Shown here one piece after another: positions 37,899-47,599 of a DNA stretch of 64,000 nucleotides. Location of the stretch: contig OY759746.1 in assembly GCA_963662795.1 (NCBI GenBank), forward strand, positions 1,184,001 to 1,248,000, written 5' to 3'. A program made the translations under genes and the position numbers. Origin of the DNA: Spirochaetia bacterium (GTDB lineage: Bacteria > Spirochaetota > Spirochaetia > CADAEX01). Under the pieces are notes generated by a model. The model did no database searches, had not been told where the DNA came from, and was given only the letters and a program-made list of their open reading frames with translations. How positions within the stretch are numbered: the stretch's first letter is position 1; every line of letters begins with the position of its first letter.

Positions 37899-39020
37899 TT
37901 ATACGTTAATAACCCTTCCATTATCTTTCAGACAGTTTCTGATATATGATATATCCAGTTCAAGATTTTTGGATATCTCAAGCAGCAGGTTTTCCGTTAT
38001 AAGATTCTGCTCCGCATAGAGATACATAAGGGCTTTTTCAGCGATAAATTGCACCAGAAAAGCATTCATGTTGATTTCCTGATCTTCAACTTCATCAATA
38101 TATTTCCTGTGAAAATGCCGGAAAAGGGCAGATTTCCTGATATCATCCTTTATTGCAAAAAGTTCATCAACAAGAGGTCCGGTATCACCGGCGCTTGCCC
38201 TTTGCCCGAGAGGTTTCAGGATAAGATAGGTATATTCTTTCCCCGGCAGATAATGATGGGCATCACACCTTGTACAGTAGTTCGGCTCCAGCGATCCGCT
38301 CTTTTCCCTGTCTCCTCCAATTACAATAAGAGGATCAAAATAGAGTGCCGGACATTCCTGTCCGTCAATATTGTAATACCTGTATGTGTAGAATGAATCT
38401 TCCATACACTCTTCATGTTCGCAATATGCAGTAAGCTGGAAAACATCAGTTGATATATCAAGAAGAAAGCGGGCTGTTGAATTAAAAATGTCCTTTCTGA
38501 AATTGAGGATAAGTGTCGGAAAAATAAAGACCAGTCCTTTTTCCTCTGATTCCTTTTTTACAACATAAGCTGTCCTCTCATCATAAAAGGTTGCCTCATC
38601 AATTATCCAGGTGCCGCACTCCGGGTTCTTTGCAATAAGTGTTTCAAGATCAAAGGAGTTTTTTATAACAGCCATCCTTTTACCGCATCTTTCATAGCCG
38701 CCCCTGTAGGCAAGCGCATCTTCCGGATAACCGGTAAATCTTTTTCCGTCAAGCGAGGACCGTATAAAAAAAACATTTCTCCTGTCGGCCTTGCCTGTAA
38801 GCGTGTTTTCCGCAATTGCGGGAGATTTCATCCCGAGAACACGGGAATCTCTCCAGACTCTTGCCGAATACTCTGTCTTGCCTGAGCCCATGGGGCCGAT
38901 TACAAGAATTCTCCTGCTCTGTTTTTTGAAATCAAAATGATTGAATGAGTGGTGTATCTTGAGCTGGGGAAAGCCGATGTTTTTAAGAAAATTCCAGTGT
39001 TCGTCGTAATTTCCGATCAT
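37899..39020 (-). CDS. tdk: thymidine kinase (extended spirochaete type)
   Basis: IGPMGSGKTE, WIIDEA, LNFRK.IF and Zn ligands CEHEEC...CTRC. Confidence 0.85.
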   Translation of the reverse strand: MIGNYDEHWNFLKNIGFPQLKIHHSFNHFDFKKQSRRILVIGPMGSGKTEYSARVWRDSRVLGMKSPAIAENTLTGKADRRNVFFIRSSLDGKRFTGYPEDALAYRGGYERCGKRMAVIKNSFDLETLIAKNPECGTWIIDEATFYDERTAYVVKKESEEKGLVFIFPTLILNFRKDIFNSTARFLLDISTDVFQLTAYCEHEECMEDSFYTYRYYNIDGQECPALYFDPLIVIGGDREKSGSLEPNYCTRCDAHHYLPGKEYTYLILKPLGQRASAGDTGPLVDELFAIKDDIRKSALFRHFHRKYIDEVEDQEINMNAFLVQFIAEKALMYLYAEQNLITENLLLEISKNLELDISYIRNCLKDNGRVINV

Positions 39021-39027
39021 GAGTTAT

Positions 39028-39036
39028 ATTATAGCA
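39028..39036 (-). promoter_or_regulatory. extended -10 promoter of tdk (probably leaderless)
   Basis: TGCTATAAT 7 nt before ATG 39020. Confidence 0.6.
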
Positions 39037-39154
39037 AAAGACTTTCATTTTAAGTAATTTTTTTATAAATTATTTAAGGGCACTCCATTAAATTAAGGAT
39101 AAGAATAACTTGATGACAGCTGCCGGAAGACTATTCGCCGGTAAAGGATATATT

Positions 39155-39652
39155 TTGAAAGATATTGATGATGTGGAAAAGATAGACTGGAAGAACTGGC
39201 AGCCCCAGGAAAAAGCGGTAATAGTATACATCCGCACAAGTTCAGGGATAGTACTGATTGAAAAAAAAACAGGTCTTGGAGCCGGAAAAGTCAACGGGCC
39301 CGGCGGCAGGATTGAAACAGGAGAAACCCCGGAAGAGGCTGCTGTCAGGGAGTGCAGGGAAGAAATTGGAGTTACACCTCTTTCATTAAGTCTCGGGGCA
39401 GAACTTTCGTTTATATTCAAGGACGGATATTCACTTTTCGGGTATGCTTTTACGGCAGACGGATATAAAGGGACACTGATAGAAACAGATGAGGCAAAAC
39501 CTTTTATATGCAGGGAAGAGGATCTGCCCTATGACAGGATGTGGGAAGATGACCTTTACTGGCTTCCTCAGGCTCTTTCCGGAAAAAAAGTAACAGGCCG
39601 ATTTATTTTTGACAATGATAAAATGCTGAGCAGGAGCGTCAGCATTACTTAA
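39155..39652 (+). CDS. NUDIX hydrolase, 8-oxo-dGTPase (MTH1-like)
   Basis: KKTGLGAGKVNGPGG, Nudix box GETPEEAAVRECREEIG, PYDRMWEDD; TTG start after AAGGA (ORF track start 39110). Confidence 0.9.
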   Translation: MKDIDDVEKIDWKNWQPQEKAVIVYIRTSSGIVLIEKKTGLGAGKVNGPGGRIETGETPEEAAVRECREEIGVTPLSLSLGAELSFIFKDGYSLFGYAFTADGYKGTLIETDEAKPFICREEDLPYDRMWEDDLYWLPQALSGKKVTGRFIFDNDKMLSRSVSIT

Positions 39653-39723
39653 GACTGATAGGTTAAAAACCGTTGTTTAATTAACTGGCTTCAAGAAATA
39701 TCCCGGCAAAACTGATATCCGTT

Positions 39724-41634
39724 TCACTCCTGATCTGCCGTCGGGAGGGAAACATAAAAAACAGTACCGCGCCCTATCTCCGATTCAAACCAGATTTCTC
39801 CGCCGTGACTGCCGGCAATACCTGCTGCAGCGGCAAGCCCCATACCGGAATTGTAGCTGTTTTCACGTGTAGTAAAAAAAGGCTCAAATACTGCATCCCG
39901 AAGGGATGGATCAATCCCATCGCCGCTGTCGGAAATTGAAATAAGAACATGAGGTTTTCCGTCACGGTTTTTGCTGCAGGAAGTGCGGAAAAAAATCTCA
40001 CCTCCCTTTTGCAGCGCATCTACCGAATTAAGACTTATATTCATAAGCATCTTAAACAGCTGTTCGCTGTCGCCGGGTACAACGCATCCCGGCATTATTT
40101 CACTGCTTACATTAATGTTTTTAGTAAAGCCAAGGTCCAGAAGCATTATGCATTTTTTAATTATTTCACCGATATCCACTCTTTCAGATTTTTTTATATC
40201 TTTTCGGGCATAGGAAAGCAGCGAATCAACAAGTTCCCTTGATTTTTCAACTCCAAGAAGAATTCTTTTCAGATATTCTTCTTTCTTGCAGCTGTCATTT
40301 TCACCCGGAAGAAGTTCCGCGTATCCGGATATCCCCATGAGCTGATTGTTAAACCCATGGGCAATCCCTCCGGCGAGACGCATAACGGAACTATTAAGGT
40401 AATTCTTAAGCATGAGATCGTGGAGCTTTTTCTTGTTTTCTATCATCCTGTTCGCTGATTCTGCTATCTGCCTGAATTCGCTGAAATTTACCTTTTCAGG
40501 ATCAATTAAAATATCTTTTGCCGCCGCATTGCTGAAAAATTCCAGAAACTCCGTTATGTCTTTTTTAAACAGACCGCGTATAAGCGCAGCTGTCGCAACA
40601 ATAATAATGCTTGCCAGTAAGGAAAGGACAAGCTCCTCTGTGAGATTGGTGAATATCATTCCCGCAAGCTCACTCCTCTTCTGTTTAACCTCTGCTTCGA
40701 GATCCTCTAGATAAATACCGCTGCCTATATAGGCTCCGGCCACGGGTATAGCTGTCACATAACTTACTTTATTGATCCTTCCGGTGTTATCTGCGGACTG
40801 AGATGCGGATATTTCCAAAACCGGGGGCATTTGATATTCAACAACACCCCCTCCGGAAAGGGCTTTATCAATAAGGTTTGTTACAACATCAGCATTGTTC
40901 CCGACAGGGTCGAGAATCATATTGCGTCCCATCTCAGGTCCGGCAAGGCTTACACCCTCATAAGTTCCCGCGAAAAAATTAATTTCATCCGACAAATCAT
41001 TGAAAAGTTCCCTGAATATCTCAGAGGCAATTTCCCTGTAAAGGGAAGCTTTCTCAAGATAATATGCAAAATACAATTTTTGACTGTCATTTCCATTAAA
41101 AATAAAATTGTTCTGATAAAGAAACCCCGCATCATCATGAAGCTCAACATTTCTGCTTGATAAATTTGCTTTCCATTTTTTATGGATATGAGCCTGACTT
41201 TCATTAAAGGATAAAGAAGGGGAAGATGAGAACAAAATATTTCCGTCATAATCCGACACAAAATAATAAATATGATCCTCAAAATACAGGAAATCCTCAC
41301 CGAATATTTCTGAAGGATTGCATATCGCAGATTTTTCTGACGAAAATGAACAGTAATTTGAGAGTACCTGAAGCCTGTCCCTGCAGTTCTGCAGCAGAGC
41401 GTCTTCCCTGTGCCTGAAACCGTAATATACGAAAGAAACAAGATTATCTATTGTTTTTTCAATATCAGTAATCCGCCGGGATCTGGTATTAAGCTCGTAA
41501 TCAGCAATTTCCTTGTTTCGGCTTCTGATTTCGCCGGTTACGAGAGCGGAATAGATTATTATAATTGAAAGGACTGAAATCAGGGTCAGAGATAAAATAA
41601 ACGCTGAATTAAGACTTTTAAATATTTTTTTCAC
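39724..41634 (-). CDS. orphan membrane sensor histidine kinase (Cache-like sensor)
   Basis: Two TM segments; LAGGIAHGFNN, NSVDA, DSGDGI, FEPFFTT, GMGL. Confidence 0.88.
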   Translation of the reverse strand: MKKIFKSLNSAFILSLTLISVLSIIIIYSALVTGEIRSRNKEIADYELNTRSRRITDIEKTIDNLVSFVYYGFRHREDALLQNCRDRLQVLSNYCSFSSEKSAICNPSEIFGEDFLYFEDHIYYFVSDYDGNILFSSSPSLSFNESQAHIHKKWKANLSSRNVELHDDAGFLYQNNFIFNGNDSQKLYFAYYLEKASLYREIASEIFRELFNDLSDEINFFAGTYEGVSLAGPEMGRNMILDPVGNNADVVTNLIDKALSGGGVVEYQMPPVLEISASQSADNTGRINKVSYVTAIPVAGAYIGSGIYLEDLEAEVKQKRSELAGMIFTNLTEELVLSLLASIIIVATAALIRGLFKKDITEFLEFFSNAAAKDILIDPEKVNFSEFRQIAESANRMIENKKKLHDLMLKNYLNSSVMRLAGGIAHGFNNQLMGISGYAELLPGENDSCKKEEYLKRILLGVEKSRELVDSLLSYARKDIKKSERVDIGEIIKKCIMLLDLGFTKNINVSSEIMPGCVVPGDSEQLFKMLMNISLNSVDALQKGGEIFFRTSCSKNRDGKPHVLISISDSGDGIDPSLRDAVFEPFFTTRENSYNSGMGLAAAAGIAGSHGGEIWFESEIGRGTVFYVSLPTADQE

Positions 41635-41668
41635 ATATTTGCCCGGCAGAATCTTTTTCTGCTGATTA

Positions 41669-41697
41669 AATATAGTCCTCTTTTACTACTTTATCAA
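41669..41697 (-). promoter_or_regulatory. sigma70-type promoter of the sensor kinase
   Basis: TTGATA-N17-TATATT on the minus strand. Confidence 0.5.
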
Positions 41698-41716
41698 ATT
41701 TTCATAAAAACCCGCC

Positions 41717-42481
41717 TCAGGATGAACAGGGACACAGCTTCTGTACTTTATCGATTATCGGGAGCAGTTCCCTTAAATCCCTGATACTGTAATCCGCAAC
41801 CGGACCTTTATCTCCCGGAGGATTTTCAAAATAGTCTATAAATACTGTTACCCCGGCACCTGCATTCTGCGCACCCCCGATATCCTTAATTGGACTGTTC
41901 CCTACATATATAATGTCTGAAAGCTCAACCCCTGCCAGTTTACAGGCATGGTGAAAGATATCGGGATGCGGTTTTCTTTTCCCGTAGACAGAAGAAAGTA
42001 CTACAGGATCAAAGAACTCCGAGAGTCCGTATTTATCAAGGCAGTATCCTACCTGTCCGCGGCTCATCACATTGCTTATTATCCCCATTCTGATCCCTTT
42101 CTCCCTGATTGCGCCAAGAGCTTCTGCGGCTTCAGGCCTGGGATATCTGTTAAAGAAACCGGTATCAATTAAAAAAGCCAGATCCTCGGCAACGGTATTT
42201 ATTAAGTCCTCATTAACTCCGTATCCTTTAAGTATAAAATCACTGAACAGTTTTTCGGGTAAAAGTTCAATATAATCTACAGTTCTCCAGCTTGTGTATC
42301 TTTTAAGCTCTTTAAGGACGGTTTCCCTGAATTCATTTTCACTCAATCCTGTAATTTGCTCTGCGCCGGCATCTTCCAGTATTTTCTTCATTTTGATGCA
42401 GGCATCTGCCACACATTTTTCACTTTCAGGATAAAGGTCGATAGTGCCGCCCATGTCAAAGAAAATCATTTCAAGCTTCAT
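41717..42481 (-). CDS. HAD family hydrolase/phosphatase
   Basis: FFDMGGT, IISN, RKPHPDIF and YVGNSPIKDIGGA motifs. Confidence 0.88.
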   Translation of the reverse strand: MKLEMIFFDMGGTIDLYPESEKCVADACIKMKKILEDAGAEQITGLSENEFRETVLKELKRYTSWRTVDYIELLPEKLFSDFILKGYGVNEDLINTVAEDLAFLIDTGFFNRYPRPEAAEALGAIREKGIRMGIISNVMSRGQVGYCLDKYGLSEFFDPVVLSSVYGKRKPHPDIFHHACKLAGVELSDIIYVGNSPIKDIGGAQNAGAGVTVFIDYFENPPGDKGPVADYSIRDLRELLPIIDKVQKLCPCSS

Positions 42482-43343
42482 TTTTTTCACTCCCGGTTTT
42501 GTAGTAATAATCCTGTCTGTAGGTTTCAAGCAGGTCAAGAGCGTCTATTGCTTTCTTGTCAAGCTTATGCGCTACTCCTATCAGCAGGGCATTTGTAATA
42601 GCCATAGGAACAAGAGGGGAGTGGAACGCTCCGTGGGGCCCCCTTTCGGCGCAAAGAACATGTTCGCAGTCCTTTATGATCAAAGGCGTCATAATATCTG
42701 TTATAAGGACAACAGGAACCCTGTTTCTCTTCATGACATTGATAAATACCTTCAATTCATCAGCAGTCCTGTAAAAGTTATACGCTATTCCAAGGTCGCC
42801 CTCCTCAAGGGTAAGCAGTTCATCAAGCATCCTCATATCCCCTGCCCTGTGATGAAAAACATCAATCTGAAAACGCCTTAACCTGTATGCAAGGTGAAGC
42901 CCAAGCATCTGATTGGGTCCGGTCCCGAGAATATGCACTTTTCTGGCCCTGCAGATAAGATCTACTGTCCCGAGAAATCTTGCCTCGTCAATGGCAGTTA
43001 TGGATTTTTGCAGATAGCGGATCTCTTTTTCAGTAATACTCCGGTAATTTATTTCCGTATTTTCAAAATCCTTAATAAGCTGTTTTACCCTTTCGCTTGG
43101 GGAAAACATTTCCTTGTAATACTTAAAAAGCGCCTCCCGGAAATCGGGAAATCCGTCATAACCAAGAAGTTTTGCAAACCTTACAACAGATGCGTTGCTC
43201 ACCCCGATTTCCTGCGAAATCCTGGCAACAGGGAAATAGATTACTTCAGATATATTTGTGAGTATGAAATCCGCTATTTTTTTCTGCTGCTTTGGAAAAC
43301 TGCTGTATAAATCCAGAATTTTCTGATAACAATTATCTGACAA
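42471..43343 (-). CDS. MurR/RpiR family transcriptional regulator
   Basis: HTH motif GVSNASVVRFAKLLGYDGFPDF plus SIS domain. Confidence 0.92.
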   Translation of the reverse strand: MSDNCYQKILDLYSSFPKQQKKIADFILTNISEVIYFPVARISQEIGVSNASVVRFAKLLGYDGFPDFREALFKYYKEMFSPSERVKQLIKDFENTEINYRSITEKEIRYLQKSITAIDEARFLGTVDLICRARKVHILGTGPNQMLGLHLAYRLRRFQIDVFHHRAGDMRMLDELLTLEEGDLGIAYNFYRTADELKVFINVMKRNRVPVVLITDIMTPLIIKDCEHVLCAERGPHGAFHSPLVPMAITNALLIGVAHKLDKKAIDALDLLETYRQDYYYKTGSEKNEA

Positions 43344-43346
43344 TTT

Positions 43347-44465
43347 CTACCCCTTGAAAGAAGATTTTAATTCACCTGTCAATCTATCAAAAATATTTCC
43401 CCTTTTAAAGGCAAGTGAAACTTTCTGTTCCGGCCTGATTGCAAGATACTCATCTTCAGGGCCTTTCGCGATAATATCAACTCCCCCTTTTTTTGATTTG
43501 ATATGTATCATCATTTCTGATCCCATAGGCTGGATAGTATAGACAAAAAACGCGCCCCCGCCGTCAGCCTGATTAATGATTATATCTTCGGGTCTTGCAT
43601 TGACAGTTATTTCCTTTCCTTCAGCACTTCCCTCAGCACTGCCGCAGAGGACGACGCTGCTGTCAGGATCATCATCAAAAACAAAGGACTTTATCCCGCC
43701 TGCAGTTTTAATTTTTCCCTTTAAAAGGTTTGTTTCAGGATTACCCATGAAATCAGCTACAAAGATATTGACCGGTTCATGATATACTTCATAAGGTGTC
43801 CCAATCTGCTGGATTGTCCCTTCTTTCATTACAACAATTTTATCAGACAGGGCAAGAGCCTCTATCTGGTCGTGGGTAACATAGATACTTGTTGCGCCAA
43901 GAGTCCTGTGAAGCCTTTTGAGTTCAGACCTGAGTTTCATTCTCAGCTTGGCATCAAGATTCGACAGCGGCTCATCAAAAAGCAGTATCCCGGGCTCGTT
44001 TACAACCATTCTGGCGAGGGCAACTCTCTGCTGCTGACCGCCTGATAGTTCGTGGGGATAACGGGAACTGTATTTCTGCAGATCCATGGCATCAAGGACA
44101 TTTATGATCTTTTCCTTTTTTACTTTATCAGAAACTTTCATTTTTCTAAGTCCGAAAGCGATGTTCTGCTCAACTGTCATATGAGGCCAGAGCGCATAAT
44201 TCTGAAAAACAAGGCCAAGACCCCTGTTGCCTGCAGGAAGGTTTATACTCTCTTTTTTTGAAAAAAGGCATTTGTCTCCTACCCAGATTTCCCCATTCTC
44301 CGGAGTCTCAAGTCCCGACAGGCACCTGAGCGTCGTTGTTTTTCCGCACCCGGAAGGGCCCAGAAATGTTACAAACTCACCCTCTTTTATTTCAAGATCA
44401 ATCTCTTTTACAGCAGGGATGCCGTTATATTCCTTTACAAGCTTATTAAAGCGGATAAAGCTCAT
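43347..44465 (-). CDS. ABC transporter ATP-binding protein (FbpC/AfuC-like)
   Basis: GPSGCGKT, LSGGQQQR, DEPLSNLD, VTHDQ; C-terminal TOBE-like region. Confidence 0.93.
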   Translation of the reverse strand: MSFIRFNKLVKEYNGIPAVKEIDLEIKEGEFVTFLGPSGCGKTTTLRCLSGLETPENGEIWVGDKCLFSKKESINLPAGNRGLGLVFQNYALWPHMTVEQNIAFGLRKMKVSDKVKKEKIINVLDAMDLQKYSSRYPHELSGGQQQRVALARMVVNEPGILLFDEPLSNLDAKLRMKLRSELKRLHRTLGATSIYVTHDQIEALALSDKIVVMKEGTIQQIGTPYEVYHEPVNIFVADFMGNPETNLLKGKIKTAGGIKSFVFDDDPDSSVVLCGSAEGSAEGKEITVNARPEDIIINQADGGGAFFVYTIQPMGSEMMIHIKSKKGGVDIIAKGPEDEYLAIRPEQKVSLAFKRGNIFDRLTGELKSSFKG

Positions 44466-44478
44466 CTTCGTCTCCTTC

Positions 44479-46257
44479 TCAAAGTTCAACTTTCCCGCCA
44501 ATCTTTGAAAGTATCAGATGGCCGGAAATAACTATAAATATTATCAAAATCATGACTCCATAAGAATGCTGAACAAAACCCTGCTGCGAATACCTGAAAA
44601 TAACGGAAGTCATAAGTGTAGTATTCGGTGTTACAAGCAGAATCACAAGATCAAGTGTTCGCATAGTTGTTATAAAATTCAAAAGCATTGCGGAAAGAAC
44701 ACCTCCCTTTGCAAGAGGAAAAATTATTTTTCTGAATCTGGTGCCCCATCCGATTCCATGAACAACCGCCACTTCCTCAAGGGAAGGATCAATCTGATGC
44801 ATTGCAGTTATACCGGCGGAAGAGGAAAATGGAAGGTGCTTGACTATGCAGACTATTACAAGCAGGGCAAAAGTGCCGTAAAGACTCGGTATGGGGCCGA
44901 ATTTTTTTGCGAACATCGTAAGATAGATACCCCCGAATGCCACTCCCGGAATCAGGTACGGGGCAAAAGTCAGGTTCTCTATCAGTTTTGCAAGTATGGT
45001 TTTTCTTCCCTTGACTACAGTATACCCGATCAGGATGCCGACAAAACCGCTTATCAATGCTGCCATCCCTGAAAGTCTTAGTGAATTCCAGATTGCGTCC
45101 TTGATTACCGAATTGTGGAAAATACCCGGCTGGCCCATGGCCATGTCAGGGTCGGAACCTCCGAACCAGTAGTGAAGCGTAAAATTATCAAGAGAATATA
45201 TACCCTCTGTTTTCATTACTGTCTGAATCCCGAGCAGAAGAAGAGGGCCGAAAACAAAAATTACTATAAAGGCTAAAATCATCACAGTCGCAGGAATCCG
45301 CCACTTTCCAAGATCTATCTGTTTTTTCACAGAACCCTTGCCGCTGATTGTCACATACCTTTTTCTTGTACCTATTACCATCTGGTTCAGAATAACAATA
45401 AAAGTCGTCGAAATTATAAGAATGAGGGCAAGGACATACCCTTCGCCGTAAAGCTGATTATTCAGGGCGGAATAAATTCGTGTTGAAAAAGTATAATATC
45501 TGATAGGCAGGCCGAGAAATGCCTGTGTCCCGAATTCCCCAAGCCCTTTGCTGAATGTTAGAATAAACCCTGCGCCTATGGCCGGAAGAACCATGGGCAG
45601 GGTAATTTTCATAAGAATCTCAAGTTTCGAGGCCTGAAGCAGCTCAGCGCTTTCCTCAAGCCTTGAATCGATATTGGCAAGCGCTCCCCTCATCATAATG
45701 AAAAAATAGGGAACGTAATGCACTCCAAGTGAAATTATGATTGGTATGTAACCAAAAATAAGCCATTGAGGAGGATTTATGCCGAACACTGCGTTAAGGA
45801 AACCCGGCGTCCCGCCGTACTGTTCGCTCTTGAATATACTTATCCAGGCCATGGCGACAGTCCATGAAGGAACGATATACGGAATAATAAGAACAACTGA
45901 GAAAAACCCTTTAAACGGGATATCAGACCTTACAACAAGCCAGGCAAAAAAGGATCCGACGATAAGAGCAATCGCTGTCATTCCGACCGCAATTGAAAGA
46001 CTGTTTAGTGCCGGTTTGTAAAGAAGCGGCCCCGACAGTTCCCCTGTAGTTGTCCTTGCCCAGTTAAATAATGTAAAAGCCCCTTCTTCCGCGCCCCTGA
46101 CCATCCTGGGCCCGTTAGCGTCAAAGACCAGTGAATCGTAGACCATGACAAGCACTGGAGTCAGGACAAGAAACAGAAGAAGAACAGCAATTATCCATCC
46201 CCAAAGTACTTCGGGTTTTGTATTTCTCAGTTTCAAAGCGGTTTGCTTAAGCTGCAT
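44479..46257 (-). CDS. ABC transporter permease, duplicated domain (FbpB/AfuB-like)
   Basis: About 12 TM segments and two EAA-like loops (IDSRLEESA, IDPSLEEVA). Confidence 0.92.
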   Translation of the reverse strand: MQLKQTALKLRNTKPEVLWGWIIAVLLLFLVLTPVLVMVYDSLVFDANGPRMVRGAEEGAFTLFNWARTTTGELSGPLLYKPALNSLSIAVGMTAIALIVGSFFAWLVVRSDIPFKGFFSVVLIIPYIVPSWTVAMAWISIFKSEQYGGTPGFLNAVFGINPPQWLIFGYIPIIISLGVHYVPYFFIMMRGALANIDSRLEESAELLQASKLEILMKITLPMVLPAIGAGFILTFSKGLGEFGTQAFLGLPIRYYTFSTRIYSALNNQLYGEGYVLALILIISTTFIVILNQMVIGTRKRYVTISGKGSVKKQIDLGKWRIPATVMILAFIVIFVFGPLLLLGIQTVMKTEGIYSLDNFTLHYWFGGSDPDMAMGQPGIFHNSVIKDAIWNSLRLSGMAALISGFVGILIGYTVVKGRKTILAKLIENLTFAPYLIPGVAFGGIYLTMFAKKFGPIPSLYGTFALLVIVCIVKHLPFSSSAGITAMHQIDPSLEEVAVVHGIGWGTRFRKIIFPLAKGGVLSAMLLNFITTMRTLDLVILLVTPNTTLMTSVIFRYSQQGFVQHSYGVMILIIFIVISGHLILSKIGGKVEL

Positions 46258-46279
46258 CAGCTTTAATCCTCCAGGTTAA

Positions 46280-47455
46280 TTATTTACGTGAAAGCCAGAA
46301 ATCGCGGACTTTCAGGCCGTCATAGTAAACATAATCAGTATCTATGCCCCATGAAAGCTTTGTAACTTCTGCAAGAGGTGTATCTGTGAGAGGCTTAATA
46401 TCCGACCTTGCGGCCCACTGTCCGGGAACATAAAAAGGTTTCATGCCTTTTCCGCCTTCAGCATCGCCGAGCATATATCTGATCAGAAGTTTTGATGCGT
46501 TGGGATGGGGAGCATTCCTGGCCATAAGCATATAATTTCCTTTATAGATACCGAATTTGGGCTCAACATTCCAAGCGATTCCCAGTTTTTTCCCTTTTGC
46601 GTTGTCCCTGATTTTTGATGATGCAACACAAAGGCCTAACGGTGCGTTTTTCTGGCCGGGAGCTCCCGCAGCGTCTGATACGTTACCGTCCGAATTTGTT
46701 AAAACAATCTCATTTTTAACAATTCTGTCGATCCATTCGTATCCTGCGTTTTCAATTCCTTTTGAAAGAACAAGTTTTGTGCCGAATTCCTTCTCATAAG
46801 CCTTAGCCATGGCATCGGAGTTTTTAACAACCATCTGAAGAAAATTCAGGTTTTCTGCAGCCTGCATCGGATCTTTCATCTGGAATTTGCCCTTCCATTC
46901 AGGTTTTGTAAAATCCCAGAGATTGTTAACAGGCGCTTCAGTGTAACTGTCTGTATTGTAAAATATAACTTTTGCCTCAATAGAATGAAGAAGTACCGGA
47001 TTCCTGTAGGCATCCGGAATGATATCCGATGTCTTTTTACCATCGATGAGTGTTGACGGAACATAGTTTTCCGCAAGACCTTTTTTCAAAAAATCAAACA
47101 TGATCGAGGTTTCATCTGCAAGCATAAGAACATCTGCATTATAAAGGCCTGCAGCCTGTTCTCTTTTAAGCTTTTCCACCTGCTGGTCTGTAGGAAGATC
47201 GGCAGCTTCAACTTCAATACCGGGATAAAGGGTATTGAACTCTTTTACAGCGTCAAAAATTCTGGATGAAAGTGAATAAATTACAACCTTTCCCTCTTTT
47301 TTTGCCGCTTCGTAGATTGCATTCCAGTCCTCTGCCGCTGGTGCTGCAGCAGCTTTTTGTACGGGTTCCGGGGCTGCAGCCTCTTTTCCTCCTCCCGCAA
47401 ATAATGAGAACGGGAGAATGAGCAGAATAGTTATAGCAAGAATTCTTTTAAACAT
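46280..47455 (-). CDS. ABC transporter substrate-binding protein (FbpA/AfuA-like)
   Basis: Spirochaete-style leader (LFAGGGKE); AAKKEGKVVIYS, PEWKGK, APHPNASKL. Confidence 0.88.
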   Translation of the reverse strand: MFKRILAITILLILPFSLFAGGGKEAAAPEPVQKAAAAPAAEDWNAIYEAAKKEGKVVIYSLSSRIFDAVKEFNTLYPGIEVEAADLPTDQQVEKLKREQAAGLYNADVLMLADETSIMFDFLKKGLAENYVPSTLIDGKKTSDIIPDAYRNPVLLHSIEAKVIFYNTDSYTEAPVNNLWDFTKPEWKGKFQMKDPMQAAENLNFLQMVVKNSDAMAKAYEKEFGTKLVLSKGIENAGYEWIDRIVKNEIVLTNSDGNVSDAAGAPGQKNAPLGLCVASSKIRDNAKGKKLGIAWNVEPKFGIYKGNYMLMARNAPHPNASKLLIRYMLGDAEGGKGMKPFYVPGQWAARSDIKPLTDTPLAEVTKLSWGIDTDYVYYDGLKVRDFWLSRK

Positions 47456-47488
47456 AATTTCCTCCATAATGGTTTTTATGTAAAGCTT

Positions 47489-47522
47489 ATTCTATTCTGC
47501 AAAAATTGATTTGTCAATTTTT
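47489..47522 (-). promoter_or_regulatory. consensus promoter of the ABC operon with an overlapping palindromic operator
   Basis: TTGACA(47517-47512)-N17-TAGAAT(47494-47489); perfect dyad AAAAATTGA-N4-TCAATTTTT at 47501-47522. Confidence 0.7.
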
Positions 47523-47599
47523 ATTTCATATATTACTTATTTTTAAACATTTGTTACATTTTTGACAAAAACAGAGGGGTTCTCATATATTTAGAGGTA

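Noticed and set aside
37899-39020. Thymidine kinase about twice the usual length
   Set aside because: Extended thymidine kinases are known in spirochaetes; there is no sign of a frameshift or new fusion.
39073-39086. TTTAAGGGCAC, matching the left end of the MITE
   Set aside because: Only 11 nt with no body or right end. A similar 10-mer occurs inside the cyclase CDS near 21307, so chance is sufficient.
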